A stretch of DNA of 64,000 nt from a virus. Below the pieces are notes generated by a model. It was not told the DNA's origin and did not search any database. It saw nothing but the letters and a program-made list of their open reading frames with translations. Each line of letters opens with the position of its first letter. Positions within the stretch are counted from its first letter, which is position 1. Where the stretch lies: positions 1 through 64,000 of the IMG/VR virus record IMGVR_UViG_3300032893_000006; one strand, given 5' to 3'. Made by a program: the position numbers and the translations under genes. This document shows, piece by piece, positions 17,786-26,452 of this stretch.

Positions 17786-17980
17786 ATGATGGAAGATTAT
17801 CAAGAACAAGTAATTCAGGAAAAGGCCGATCTCGATCTTAAAATCGAGAAGCTCAATCGATTTGTGAGCGGAGAGACTTTTCAATTACTGGACTCCGAAG
17901 AGCAGCAACGCATGACCGAGCAGCTATCGTACATGAATGCCTACTCGGAAGTGTTAGGACGACGCATCGTCGAGTTCTAA
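17786..17980 (+). CDS. Small conserved phage coiled-coil protein
   Basis: YQEQVIQEKADLDLKIEKL...QL.YM..YSEVL..RI. Confidence 0.65.
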   Translation: MMEDYQEQVIQEKADLDLKIEKLNRFVSGETFQLLDSEEQQRMTEQLSYMNAYSEVLGRRIVEF

Positions 17981-18006
17981 CTCCCAACTGTGGTAAATTT
18001 TTACCC

Positions 18007-18504
18007 ATGAAGCGGGTAAAGGTTGGAGAACATTGGGCAGAAGTAGATAATCGCGATTTTGCCCTAGTATCGCAATATAAATGGAGATCGACAAAAGGAG
18101 GCGATCCGGGCAAGAACGGAACGATATATGCGATAGCTCATACTTCGATGGTAAACGGCAAGCGAAATACAGTATCCATGCACCGTTTGATATTGAACGC
18201 TCCGAAAGGAGTTCAGGTAGATCACGACGACGGCAATGGGTTGAACAATAAACGGAGGAATATACGGCTGGCGACAAACCAGCAAAATCAGAGAAACAGG
18301 AAGCCCGGTTCAAATCAAAGCTCTAAATTCAAAGGAGTATCGCTCGATAAACGACACGGAACTTGGAAGGCGTACATCATTGTCGATGGAAAGAACATTT
18401 GGTTAGGGCAGCATAAAACTGAGGAAGATGCGGCCAAAGCCTATGATGTGGCTGCTCGCAGGTTGTTTGGCGAGTTTGCAAAATGCAATCTCAGCAACCC
18501 ATAA
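18007..18504 (+). CDS. HNH-AP2 homing endonuclease
   Basis: MHRLIL, VDHDDGNGLNN.R.N.R, SKFKGV, W.AYI, AA.AYD.AA..LFGEFA. Confidence 0.85.
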   Translation: MKRVKVGEHWAEVDNRDFALVSQYKWRSTKGGDPGKNGTIYAIAHTSMVNGKRNTVSMHRLILNAPKGVQVDHDDGNGLNNKRRNIRLATNQQNQRNRKPGSNQSSKFKGVSLDKRHGTWKAYIIVDGKNIWLGQHKTEEDAAKAYDVAARRLFGEFAKCNLSNP

Positions 18505-19359
18505 AGGAGGACACAATGGGGGGTGGATCATGGGACACTGGAACATATCGGAGCGCTGCATCAACGCGCAAGGCTACCGGCGTAGATGACTTCGCATTTA
18601 CCAAGACGGCGACATCGGCACATACGAATCTTGATCCGATGCGCATCAACACCAAGCCATTCAGCAAGCTGGAATCAAGGGATTCTGCAGACCATCCAGA
18701 ATCGAATCCCGTGCTGGTCTGCTTTGATGTGACAGGATCGAACATCGAGCGCGCTGTCGACGTGCAGAAGAAGCTCCCAACTTTAATGGAGCTTCTGAAT
18801 AAGTACCTGACAGACCCTCAGGTTGCAGTTGCCGCAAATGATGACTTCAAAGTTTCAGGAACAAACGCGATCCAAATTTCGGACTTTGAGAGCGACAATC
18901 GAGTTGACGATCACATCCGCAACATTTTTCTTGTAGGCAACGGCGGGGGCAACAACGGCGAATCATACGATTTATTGCTCTATGCTGCGGCGCGCAAGAT
19001 GGTGCTCGATTCTGTGGAGAAGCGCGGCAAGAAGGGATACATGTTCTTGTATGCCGATGAACTGATATTCCCCTCCGTTTTGAAGCACGAAGCGGAAGCT
19101 GTGTTCGGCGACAAAATCGAGTCCGACATTCCGATTGCCGAGATCATTGAGGAAGCAAAGCGCAACTTCAACATCTTTGTGATCTGGCCGCGCGGCGGCG
19201 AGGACCGCGCTCATGAGCAGTACAAGACGCTGTTCGGCGAGGAATTTGTTCTCGTCTCGCAACATCCAAATCTGCTCTGTGAATTGATCGTCTCGACCAT
19301 TGCCCTTTACGAACAGAAGCCTGCAGATGTTATCGTCAACGACCTGATCGCAATCGGTG

Positions 19360-19383
19360 GGTAATAATATACTTGACTAATGA
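19360..19383 (+). repeat. Left terminal inverted repeat of IS1595
   Basis: Exact reverse complement of 21962-21985. Confidence 0.92.
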
Positions 19384-19582
19384 TGCCAATTCGACCAAGA
19401 TTGAAACTGCCGTGACAGGGCGGCATGTCTCATTGATACTTGCCGAGCAAATAATTGCCATGTTTCAGGACTCTGGAGCCTGCGAGACGGAGAGATTCGC
19501 AGCCTTGGATATAGCTAGGGCATTGGTCCCAGTGCTTCCAAATGCTTCATGCTCGATTGAGAAAAACAGTGAAGAGAATTAG
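19373..19582 (+). CDS. IS passenger hypothetical protein
   Basis: 69-aa ORF; TTG start lies within the TIR, so the true start is uncertain. Confidence 0.4.
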   Translation: MTNDANSTKIETAVTGRHVSLILAEQIIAMFQDSGACETERFAALDIARALVPVLPNASCSIEKNSEEN

Positions 19583-19695
19583 CGCTCTTTTCCAGTGCGC
19601 GTAGCTATCGTTTGAAGCTGAACTCGAATTTGTTGAAGTTCTGAAGCGATCCGCGCGATGGCTGCTACTAATTGAGCCGCTGCTGCATCGGTCAT
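19579..19695 (-). CDS. 38-aa helical passenger peptide
   Basis: MTDAAAAQLVAAIARIASELQQIRVQLQTIATRTGKER*, SD AGGAGG. Confidence 0.5.
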   Translation of the reverse strand: MTDAAAAQLVAAIARIASELQQIRVQLQTIATRTGKER

Positions 19696-19935
19696 GATGT
19701 CCTCCTGAGATGGCAGCGATTATACTGCTGTGTGGAGAAGTGGACGGGCGATTCGGATGATTTCCTAGTTTGGCAACCTAATGAAATGGATTGCCTTATA
19801 CCACATAGTCTTTGGTTTTGTACCCATTTATGCACCACTATTGAACTAAATCCGTGGAAATCACGCCCGGTGGAGATATAATGAAAACGGGATATTCGCC
19901 AAAAGTTCGCTTTTTGCGAGGTGGAGGGACGGGTT

Positions 19936-20478
19936 ATGCTTCAATATTCAGCAAAAACGGACAAGTTTAAGTCGCTGGTTCACTACATCTGCTGGCGCTG
20001 CGCAAGTGATCCGTCCAAGCTCGGGGCAGTGAAGCTCAATAAGGCTCTATGGATTGCTGATTTGGCTGCTTACTATTACCTGGGAAAGCCAATCACCCGA
20101 TCACGCTATGTGAAGCGCCAGTTTGGACCAGCTCCGAAGGCGATTCTCCCAGTTCTGCGCGAGCTGCAAGCGGAAGGCAAGCTGGACATACGGGAAGGAG
20201 ATTTCTACGGGAAGAACAAAAGAACGTTTATTTGCCTTCAGGACCCTTCCACGGACTTCATGAGCAACGAGGAAAAGAATCTAGTCGATAAAGCGACCGA
20301 GCTTGTTTGCGACAAACACACCGCCAAATCGATCAGCAATAAGTCGCACGATCATATTTGGAAAGCGGCCGAAGATGGGGAAGAACTTCCTCTTTCTACC
20401 GTATTTGTTAGCCCCGAAGCGATCAGTGATGAAGATAGGGAATGGGCGCGGGAACAACTAGAAAAAAACGCGGCCTAA
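19936..20478 (+). CDS. Panacea/SocA (DUF4065)-like antitoxin
   Basis: KFKSLVHYI, KLNKALWIAD, GKPIT...Y....GP, I...SH...W. Confidence 0.75.
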   Translation: MLQYSAKTDKFKSLVHYICWRCASDPSKLGAVKLNKALWIADLAAYYYLGKPITRSRYVKRQFGPAPKAILPVLRELQAEGKLDIREGDFYGKNKRTFICLQDPSTDFMSNEEKNLVDKATELVCDKHTAKSISNKSHDHIWKAAEDGEELPLSTVFVSPEAISDEDREWAREQLEKNAA

Positions 20479-20502
20479 TGTCAAGATCTCAAGCGAGAAC
20501 TC

Positions 20503-20771
20503 ATGCTTCGAACTGTCGTTGAAGAGGCTATCGTCAGTGAAACAATCGACCGGCACGCAGAAACCTATCCGAGGCTCGGAGAGGCTTTTGATGGTCTCAA
20601 GTGGTTTTTGGCGCACAGTGCTGAGTCCGGAGAGATTCTAGATGACTTTCACTGGATATTTCGCAACCAAGCCATGACCTAAATATCCCAGCCATTTTAG
20701 TTATCTACACATTTGATGAGAATAAAGTCACCTTGAAATTCATAGCACTTCGAATGCCTTCAGTAGAATAG
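20503..20771 (+). pseudogene. RelE-like toxin candidate, frameshifted at about 20671
   Basis: Frame 1 to 20682; the shifted frame continues HDLNIPAILVIYTFDENKVTLKFIALR; lies directly after the antitoxin. Confidence 0.45.
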
Positions 20772-20783
20772 TGCGCTTAGGGG

Positions 20784-20969
20784 GTGCGAACGGTCATGAG
20801 AGCTAAACCGCAGTCCGAAGAGTACGAGAGGTTTGAAGGGCTTCTCGGAAAAGTTCTAGCAGTACCGAAAGCAGAGATAAGCAGACGAATAGAAGAGGAC
20901 AGGCGGGACAACCCTAAATCCTCTTCCCACGTCGCTGCCTCTCAAACCAAGAGGGCCGATCAAAGCTGA
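20784..20969 (+). CDS. Small protein convergent with the IS1595 transposase
   Basis: EEYERFEGLLGKVLAVPKAEI; overlaps the transposase stop. Confidence 0.55.
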   Translation: MRTVMRAKPQSEEYERFEGLLGKVLAVPKAEISRRIEEDRRDNPKSSSHVAASQTKRADQS

Positions 20970-21934
20970 CCACTCTGGGTTTTTCCGGTCAGTTCTGCAT
21001 AAGTCAATCTCTTGCCCTCAATTTGCGATACTGCCAGCGCGAAGCGATCTGCGTCGGTCAAAGGATTGTCTTTCGTGGCGCGGTTGTTGTAGCGGAAAAC
21101 CTGCTCACTCAAGTACTGATCGAGATGGAAAGGCTCAACTGCAACGTAAGTGCCTTTCAGAGTCCTCTTGAGCAGCGCCCAGAAGTTCTCGATTCCCTGA
21201 GTGTGAACCTGTCCGCGAACGTACTCTTGCGAGTGGTTAATGACCTTGTGAACGTAGTTCCTATCGAGTCCCTGATAGCCCACATGTTCATCGGTGTAGA
21301 CCTTGGCAAAGGGAGTCACGTTTTTGAGGATGGTGTCTTGCAAGGTTGCGCGGGTGACATTGGGAACCACCTTGGCGCGGACCTGGCGAAGTTCCCGATC
21401 CAAGATGCCATGAACCGCAGTCTTTGCGATGTAATGGCTCTTATTGCGGTCGATCGCATACTTCTGGCGCTGCTTGCGGTTCATCTTCACGGGATTGGGG
21501 CCGATGAAGGCCTCATCGGATTCAACCGGACCACCAAAGCCGAACTTATGCTTGCGGTCATCCTTCAATGCCTCTCTGAGGCGGTGCAGCATGAACCAAG
21601 CTGACTTCTGAGTGACGCCGATATCCTTCGCAAGCTCATAGGAGCTAATGCCGTTCTTGCAGTTCGCCAAGAGCCACATGGCAACCAGCCATTTATCGAG
21701 CGCGATGGCAGAATCTTCGAAGATGGTTCCAACCTTCACAGAGAACTGCTTGCCACAATCCCGGCACTGCCAGCGCTTCTGGTTGGCAAGCCAGTGCTGC
21801 CGATCCTTCTTGGCGTCACACTTGGGGCAAACGGGACCGTCGGACCATTTCAGACCGGCCACGGTATCGATGCACACTTGAGCGTCAGAGAAGTATCTGA
21901 TTGCATCTGCAAGAGTTTTCACTTGGTTTGCCAT
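20960..21934 (-). CDS. IS1595-family (ISXO2-like) transposase
   Basis: Zn-ribbon CPKC...CRDC, VESDEAFIG, YTDE..GY, INHS.EYV.G.VHTQGIENFW. Confidence 0.93.
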   Translation of the reverse strand: MANQVKTLADAIRYFSDAQVCIDTVAGLKWSDGPVCPKCDAKKDRQHWLANQKRWQCRDCGKQFSVKVGTIFEDSAIALDKWLVAMWLLANCKNGISSYELAKDIGVTQKSAWFMLHRLREALKDDRKHKFGFGGPVESDEAFIGPNPVKMNRKQRQKYAIDRNKSHYIAKTAVHGILDRELRQVRAKVVPNVTRATLQDTILKNVTPFAKVYTDEHVGYQGLDRNYVHKVINHSQEYVRGQVHTQGIENFWALLKRTLKGTYVAVEPFHLDQYLSEQVFRYNNRATKDNPLTDADRFALAVSQIEGKRLTYAELTGKTQSGQL

Positions 21935-21961
21935 AACAAAAACAGAATAGCGAAGAATTCG

Positions 21962-21985
21962 TCATTAGTCAAGTATATTATTACC
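21962..21985 (-). repeat. Right terminal inverted repeat of IS1595
   Basis: TCATTAGTCAAGTATATTATTACC followed by the TSD. Confidence 0.92.
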
Positions 21986-22137
21986 AATCGGTGTCGGCGA
22001 TAGCGAAGCCAAGGCTCTGGTAAAGAGAGCCGCAGTTAGTGCCTCGACGATCACACCGTCAAGCGCTGGCAGCGCAGCACGTCTATAACGCTCTATAGGA
22101 GGGGCCTTTGCGCCCCTCCGTGAGCCCGGGGGAATCG

Positions 22138-23271
22138 ATGAGCTACGCATTTTTGATTGCAGGTCTTGGCTTTGGGGACGAGTCGAAGGGGGCCACGGTC
22201 GATGCGCTCTGCCGTGCGCTCCCGGTCGACTTGATTGTGCGCTATAACGGAGGCTGTCAAGCGGCCCACCACGTGGTTCTGGAAGATGGCCGTTCACATT
22301 GTTTTTCTCAGTTCGGTGCCGGAATGCTGGCGCGGCCAAACATCAAAACGTTCCTATCGAAGTACATGTTGGTTGAACCGTATTCCATGATGAACGAGGC
22401 AGAAGCGCTGTCGACGATGACTCCAGACGTGTGGGGACGCGTCGCCGTCGACAAAAATGCTGTCGTGGTTACGTTCTTCCATCAGCACCTGAATAGGCTG
22501 AGAGAATGTGCGCGTGGCGCAGATCGTCATGGAAGCTGCGGTAGGGGTATAGGTGTCGCTCGCGAGATGCATCTAAAGCATGGAGACAAAGTTCTACTTG
22601 CGGGCGACTGCAAAAACGCGACCACAGTTTACGAGAAGTTGATGTTTACGATGGAAGAGTTAGAGCCAGAAATTAGTGAATTGCGCGACAAGGTTCGAAG
22701 CCGATACAACAGGCTGCACGATCTTGAAATGGTGGAGTCTTCCGCGCAAAAATATCTCGAATGGCCAGCAAACATCGTCGACGGATTCGAACCTCAAGAG
22801 ATGATGATATTCGAAGGCGCACAAGGCGTAATGCTGGATGAGAAGTATGGGACCGCACCGCACAACACGTGGACCAACACCACATTTGAGAATGCAGATG
22901 CGATGCTCGATGAGGCGGGGGTGAAGGAGCGCCACAGGATCGGATGCATTCGGACTTATCACACTCGCCATGGCCAAGGTCCATTCCCCACGGAAGATGC
23001 AAACCTCGATCTACCAGAGTTGCACAACGGCAACGAGGGATTCCAAGGTGTGTTCCGTGTAGGGCATCTGGACTTAAATCTCGCCAAGAGAGCTATCAGT
23101 GTGTGTGGAGGAATCGACACGCTCGCAATCAGCCACATGGACTATCTGCATCGTCTGGGATGGGCCGAGAGCGACTTCATAGCCTCGGTGAGCGCCAATC
23201 TCAGAACACACATTGGGATGCTTGGAAGAGGCCCTACCGCGCAAGACAGGACGGTCTCGGTTTCAGCGTAA
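22138..23271 (+). CDS. Divergent adenylosuccinate-synthetase-like (PurA fold) protein
   Basis: GFGDESKG, RYNGG...H, GSCGRGIG, FEGAQG..LD, TRHG.GPFPTE. Confidence 0.85.
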   Translation: MSYAFLIAGLGFGDESKGATVDALCRALPVDLIVRYNGGCQAAHHVVLEDGRSHCFSQFGAGMLARPNIKTFLSKYMLVEPYSMMNEAEALSTMTPDVWGRVAVDKNAVVVTFFHQHLNRLRECARGADRHGSCGRGIGVAREMHLKHGDKVLLAGDCKNATTVYEKLMFTMEELEPEISELRDKVRSRYNRLHDLEMVESSAQKYLEWPANIVDGFEPQEMMIFEGAQGVMLDEKYGTAPHNTWTNTTFENADAMLDEAGVKERHRIGCIRTYHTRHGQGPFPTEDANLDLPELHNGNEGFQGVFRVGHLDLNLAKRAISVCGGIDTLAISHMDYLHRLGWAESDFIASVSANLRTHIGMLGRGPTAQDRTVSVSA

Positions 23272-23286
23272 AGAAAGAGAGCAGCC

Positions 23287-23646
23287 GTGATAATCGAAAT
23301 CCTCAACAGCTTTTCTGGCGACGACAAGCACGAGATTGACACCGAGAAGGACGATGGCCGCGTACAGGCCGCGAAGCTAGTCGACGATCTGATTCGGTCG
23401 GGGTCGGCTGTTTTTCTCGAACGCGAGGTGAATGGCGAGACCTATACGTACCGGGTGACAGGTTACGATCCGGTAGCGAATAAGCTCACCATTCGTCTGG
23501 ACGCACAGCACGTAGAAGATGCTGCAATTGAACACGCGCCACGCAGGCGCGGCAGGCCGAAGGGAATACCGCGCGGCCAGTCGTATGGCAGAGTGAGTCC
23601 AGAGTCTGGACGTACGGTCGCTGTAGCTCCACGGAGCGGTGGCTAA
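23287..23646 (+). CDS. Small protein ending in Gly-Gly with an AT-hook-like insert
   Basis: SGD...D...V.A, YDP.A, PRRRGRPKG, C-terminus VAPRSGG*. Confidence 0.65.
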   Translation: MIIEILNSFSGDDKHEIDTEKDDGRVQAAKLVDDLIRSGSAVFLEREVNGETYTYRVTGYDPVANKLTIRLDAQHVEDAAIEHAPRRRGRPKGIPRGQSYGRVSPESGRTVAVAPRSGG

Positions 23647-24413
23647 TGGCGACGGTTCCTGCAATACCTGAAAAGCTTACGTGGGACGACGTCCGCGCCG
23701 GAGTCGCAATGCTAGCGAGGCAGCGCGGCTGGCACCATGGTGTCCCGATTATGAGTATCTTCGATCAGAGTCGTCGCATCATTCTGGCAAAGGGATGCCC
23801 ACTTTCTGACGTTCATGGCCACGACACGCCGATCTCGATGGACGGGCAAACACGGGTCCATGTCTGTCAAGTGAGCGACGTCGACGAGGCTCAAGACGAG
23901 CCATATGTCGTCAACATGTGGAAGACCACGCCCAAGACGATTGCAGTCGGGAAGTATTCGAAAGGCGCTGTCTGTTTCAAGAGTGACGGCACAAGAGAGC
24001 GACTCGAAATGTATCTCTCGTCGCTTCTCTGTCAGGCTGGCGCAGTCGACGCAGAAGCAGAACTGCACGCGATGGTCTCGTTGTTGAAGAGACTCAATCG
24101 CAATCAGCGTGACAGCTACATCCTTGGCGGCGCGTTTCCTGAAACGAGCAAGAGGTCCGGCGTGACATACATCTTCAGAAAGGGGAGGCCGACGCTTGCG
24201 TTGAAAATAGAAAAAGTGGAGGGCGGAGAGAAGCGCCATTTTCTAGCCGCGTTATGTTCGCATCCGCTTGCTTGGTTTGAGAACACGTTCGTAGGAGCTT
24301 ATCCGCCATCGGACGAGGTCTTGGCCAATCTTCTTTCGGTGCGAGCAGACGAGCACGCATTCTGGAAGAAGAGCCATCAGCATTCTCTCGATGATCCAGC
24401 AGCAGGAGTTTAA
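23646..24413 (+). CDS. CxHP-motif protein, paralog of 8744-9523
   Basis: Q.DSY...G.F, YIFRKGR, LCSHPL, PPSDEVLA.LL....E..F. Confidence 0.7.
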   Translation: MATVPAIPEKLTWDDVRAGVAMLARQRGWHHGVPIMSIFDQSRRIILAKGCPLSDVHGHDTPISMDGQTRVHVCQVSDVDEAQDEPYVVNMWKTTPKTIAVGKYSKGAVCFKSDGTRERLEMYLSSLLCQAGAVDAEAELHAMVSLLKRLNRNQRDSYILGGAFPETSKRSGVTYIFRKGRPTLALKIEKVEGGEKRHFLAALCSHPLAWFENTFVGAYPPSDEVLANLLSVRADEHAFWKKSHQHSLDDPAAGV

Positions 24414-24427
24414 CAAAGGGGACGAAT

Positions 24428-24676
24428 ATGAAGGTAAACAATTTCGATGTGCTTAAAGCAATGAGCGCTGAGAATAAAGACATTCGCATGGCCACAATGG
24501 ATAATTTCGCCTATATGCAAAAGACGAAGCACGGGACGCGTGTTTCTGTTGGTGTTGAAGGCGACGTTATTGTACCGATTACAACCGGAGAGCTTGTAGG
24601 ATGTTTGCTGCTGTGGAACAAAAAGCAGTTCGATGAAATGAAGAAGAAGTTGGAGACCGAAGCGGACGCGGTATGA
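24428..24676 (+). CDS. Hypothetical protein
   Basis: 82-aa ORF with SD. Confidence 0.6.
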   Translation: MKVNNFDVLKAMSAENKDIRMATMDNFAYMQKTKHGTRVSVGVEGDVIVPITTGELVGCLLLWNKKQFDEMKKKLETEADAV

Positions 24677-24693
24677 GTGCTTCTTGGTGATCT

Positions 24694-25215
24694 ATGTCAG
24701 AAAACGAATCGATCACGTACACGCCAGAACAGCAAGAGCAGATTCGGGTGGCTCGCGAGCGGCTGATGAAATCGGCTGGCATTCGGGACTTTGCGCCATT
24801 GATATTGGAATACATGAAGCCCGGAGTTGCCATTCATACGGATCGCGCAGCGGGAAAAACAGAAGCGCTTCTTGTTGCGGTTCGCGAGCGTTGCGACGGT
24901 CGAGCAGTTGTGGTAGCGAGAACTACCGATATGGTAGAAGCTCTTCGCAATAGATACAGGAAAAAATTCTGGACCTCTATGAATTCGGACATGCCATTTT
25001 TCAAGACTGCAGAAGCGGCGATCAGTTTTCTACCCGGACGGAAGCTACCGATCTACTGCGATGAATGGTGGAGCTTTTCCAAGACGGCTCAAGAGGCTCT
25101 TGCTAAAAGCGGTCTTGTCGCCGGAGCGGTCGGAACCATACCGGGTTTGGCTGGATGCATCGAACCGTTCCCGCTTTTGGGGCCAAAAGAGAGCGAGGAT
25201 GAATGGATTTTGTAG
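24694..25215 (+). CDS. Small P-loop-like hypothetical protein
   Basis: RAAGKTEALL and IYCDEW resemble degenerate Walker A/B motifs. Confidence 0.45.
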   Translation: MSENESITYTPEQQEQIRVARERLMKSAGIRDFAPLILEYMKPGVAIHTDRAAGKTEALLVAVRERCDGRAVVVARTTDMVEALRNRYRKKFWTSMNSDMPFFKTAEAAISFLPGRKLPIYCDEWWSFSKTAQEALAKSGLVAGAVGTIPGLAGCIEPFPLLGPKESEDEWIL

Positions 25216-25550
25216 GGACAATTCCGAAGTGGTTTTTCAATCAATGGGTCGCCGAAGGTGACGCTGCCGGTGATCCTCCGACCGGCCAAGAGTGGGGTTG
25301 GTTTACCCGCGATCGCCAAGCGGCCAATATTCATCCGGGCGACCGATTCTACGTCGTCGCCCATGGCAAGCTGCGGGGATGGGCACCTGTCACTCGGGTC
25401 TGTCGGGACGAGGGTGGCTGGATTATCTGCCGCCAAGGCGACGCCGTGGCTTGTACCTTAGACGAAAGCATTCCGGGTTTCAGGGGTCTCCGCAGGCGCT
25501 GGTGGAACCGAGAGCAAGAGAGGCCATTTCCGGGCTGGCAAAAGCCATAA
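25203..25550 (+). CDS. Possible ASCH/PUA-like protein
   Basis: PGDRFYVV and IPGFRGLR patterns. Confidence 0.4.
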   Translation: MDFVGTIPKWFFNQWVAEGDAAGDPPTGQEWGWFTRDRQAANIHPGDRFYVVAHGKLRGWAPVTRVCRDEGGWIICRQGDAVACTLDESIPGFRGLRRRWWNREQERPFPGWQKP

Positions 25551-25586
25551 AAAGGGCGTTTTGGGCACAAAAAAAGACGCCTTTTT
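25549..25586. terminator. Bidirectional terminator at the convergence of the two gene blocks
   Basis: AAAAAGGGCGTTTT...AAAGACGCCTTTTT stem flanked by A/T runs. Confidence 0.6.
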
Positions 25587-25753
25587 GGACGTCTAATTTT
25601 TGTGATGAAAATACACGGAAAATGCCGGGTTTCCACACCAACCAGTTTTGACCGATTTTCGTATCGAACCATCGTGGTATCAATTCGATAAGCCTTCATG
25701 AGCACAAACAGCCCAAAAGCCACTTTGAATCACTGATGGTGCAATATCTCGTT

Positions 25754-26452
25754 CTAAGTTGTGCCTGAGTTCATTTCGTTTTGGGACTGTTTTTGACGTG
25801 CAATGATCTTCGCGACTGTGCTGCGATGCCATGGCCCTCCTGAGCGCGTTTTAAGGCTCGTGGAATTCATCTGAGCAGCGATCTGTTGGCAGGTCATTCC
25901 CGATTGGAATTTGAGGCTGGTAATGAGGCTGAGCGCAACCTCTTCTCCCTCCTTTTCGCCGAACGCGCGACGGCCTTCGCACTTTCCATTCTTCCGGCGC
26001 AGGCGCTCCCGGGCTCCCCGGAGTTTGAGGACGGTTACGCAGCGATCAAATTCAGCGATTGCCGCGAGTATTTGCCGAATGAGCTTGGCGGTGGGGTTTA
26101 GGTCGTCACCTGCGGTAAGGTCTACGCCACCGGACGCCGCCACAACTCGAACGCCGATTTTTTGGAATTCTCGGACGATGACTTCGGCGACGATCATGTC
26201 GCGCGCTAGGCGGTCGCTCGACTCGACAATAACGAGCCCAATGCCGTTGGCTTGAATAAACTGCATACAAGCCGACAGCCCCTCCCGGTTTTCCAATTCC
26301 ATTTTTCCAGTAACGCCTTCATCGCGAAATTCAGAAACCACTTCGACGTCGTTGTTGGAGGCATATTTGATTATGACTTCTCGTTGTCTGTCCCACGTAT
26401 CGCCTAAAATCTGGCCATCGCCGGAGCATCGCATGTAGGTTGCAGCCTTCAT
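25754..26452 (-). CDS. Serine recombinase (resolvase-type with a short recombinase domain)
   Basis: YMRCS...Q, ESSDRLARD, C-terminal IA..MN...T..G..W..STV.KI. Confidence 0.85.
   Translation of the reverse strand: MKAATYMRCSGDGQILGDTWDRQREVIIKYASNNDVEVVSEFRDEGVTGKMELENREGLSACMQFIQANGIGLVIVESSDRLARDMIVAEVIVREFQKIGVRVVAASGGVDLTAGDDLNPTAKLIRQILAAIAEFDRCVTVLKLRGARERLRRKNGKCEGRRAFGEKEGEEVALSLITSLKFQSGMTCQQIAAQMNSTSLKTRSGGPWHRSTVAKIIARQKQSQNEMNSGTT

Larger units (their letters stand above)
19360..21985. mobile_element. IS1595-family transposon with passenger genes (2626 bp)
   Basis: Perfect 24-bp terminal inverted repeats GGTAATAATATACTTGACTAATGA; 8-bp TSD AATCGGTG at 19352-19359 and 21986-21993. 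Confidence 0.92.
18516..22088 (+). pseudogene. vWA-domain protein interrupted near its C-terminus by IS1595 (coding 18516-19359 plus 21994-22088)
   Basis: MIDAS-like FDVTGS, GGGNNGESY; removing the element restores ...LIAIGVGDSEAKALVKRAAVSASTITPSSAGSAARL*. Confidence 0.8.

Noticed and set aside
18516-19364. vWA ORF ending in ...IAIGG as a third diglycine protein
   Set aside because: The terminal GG-stop is created by the IS insertion; the native C-terminus lies at 21994-22088.
22138-23271. PurZ (2-aminoadenine, Z-genome) synthase
   Set aside because: It keeps Asp at the PurA Asp13 position (GDESKG) rather than the PurZ Ser. No dATPase, MazZ or DNA polymerase partner is visible in the window.
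25349-25723. Minus-strand 124-aa ORF downstream of the recombinase
   Set aside because: It crosses the bidirectional terminator and overlaps a plus-strand gene; no SD or motif.
25754-26452. Large serine integrase
   Set aside because: At 232 aa it is too short and lacks the zinc-ribbon and coiled-coil region; no att pair was identified.
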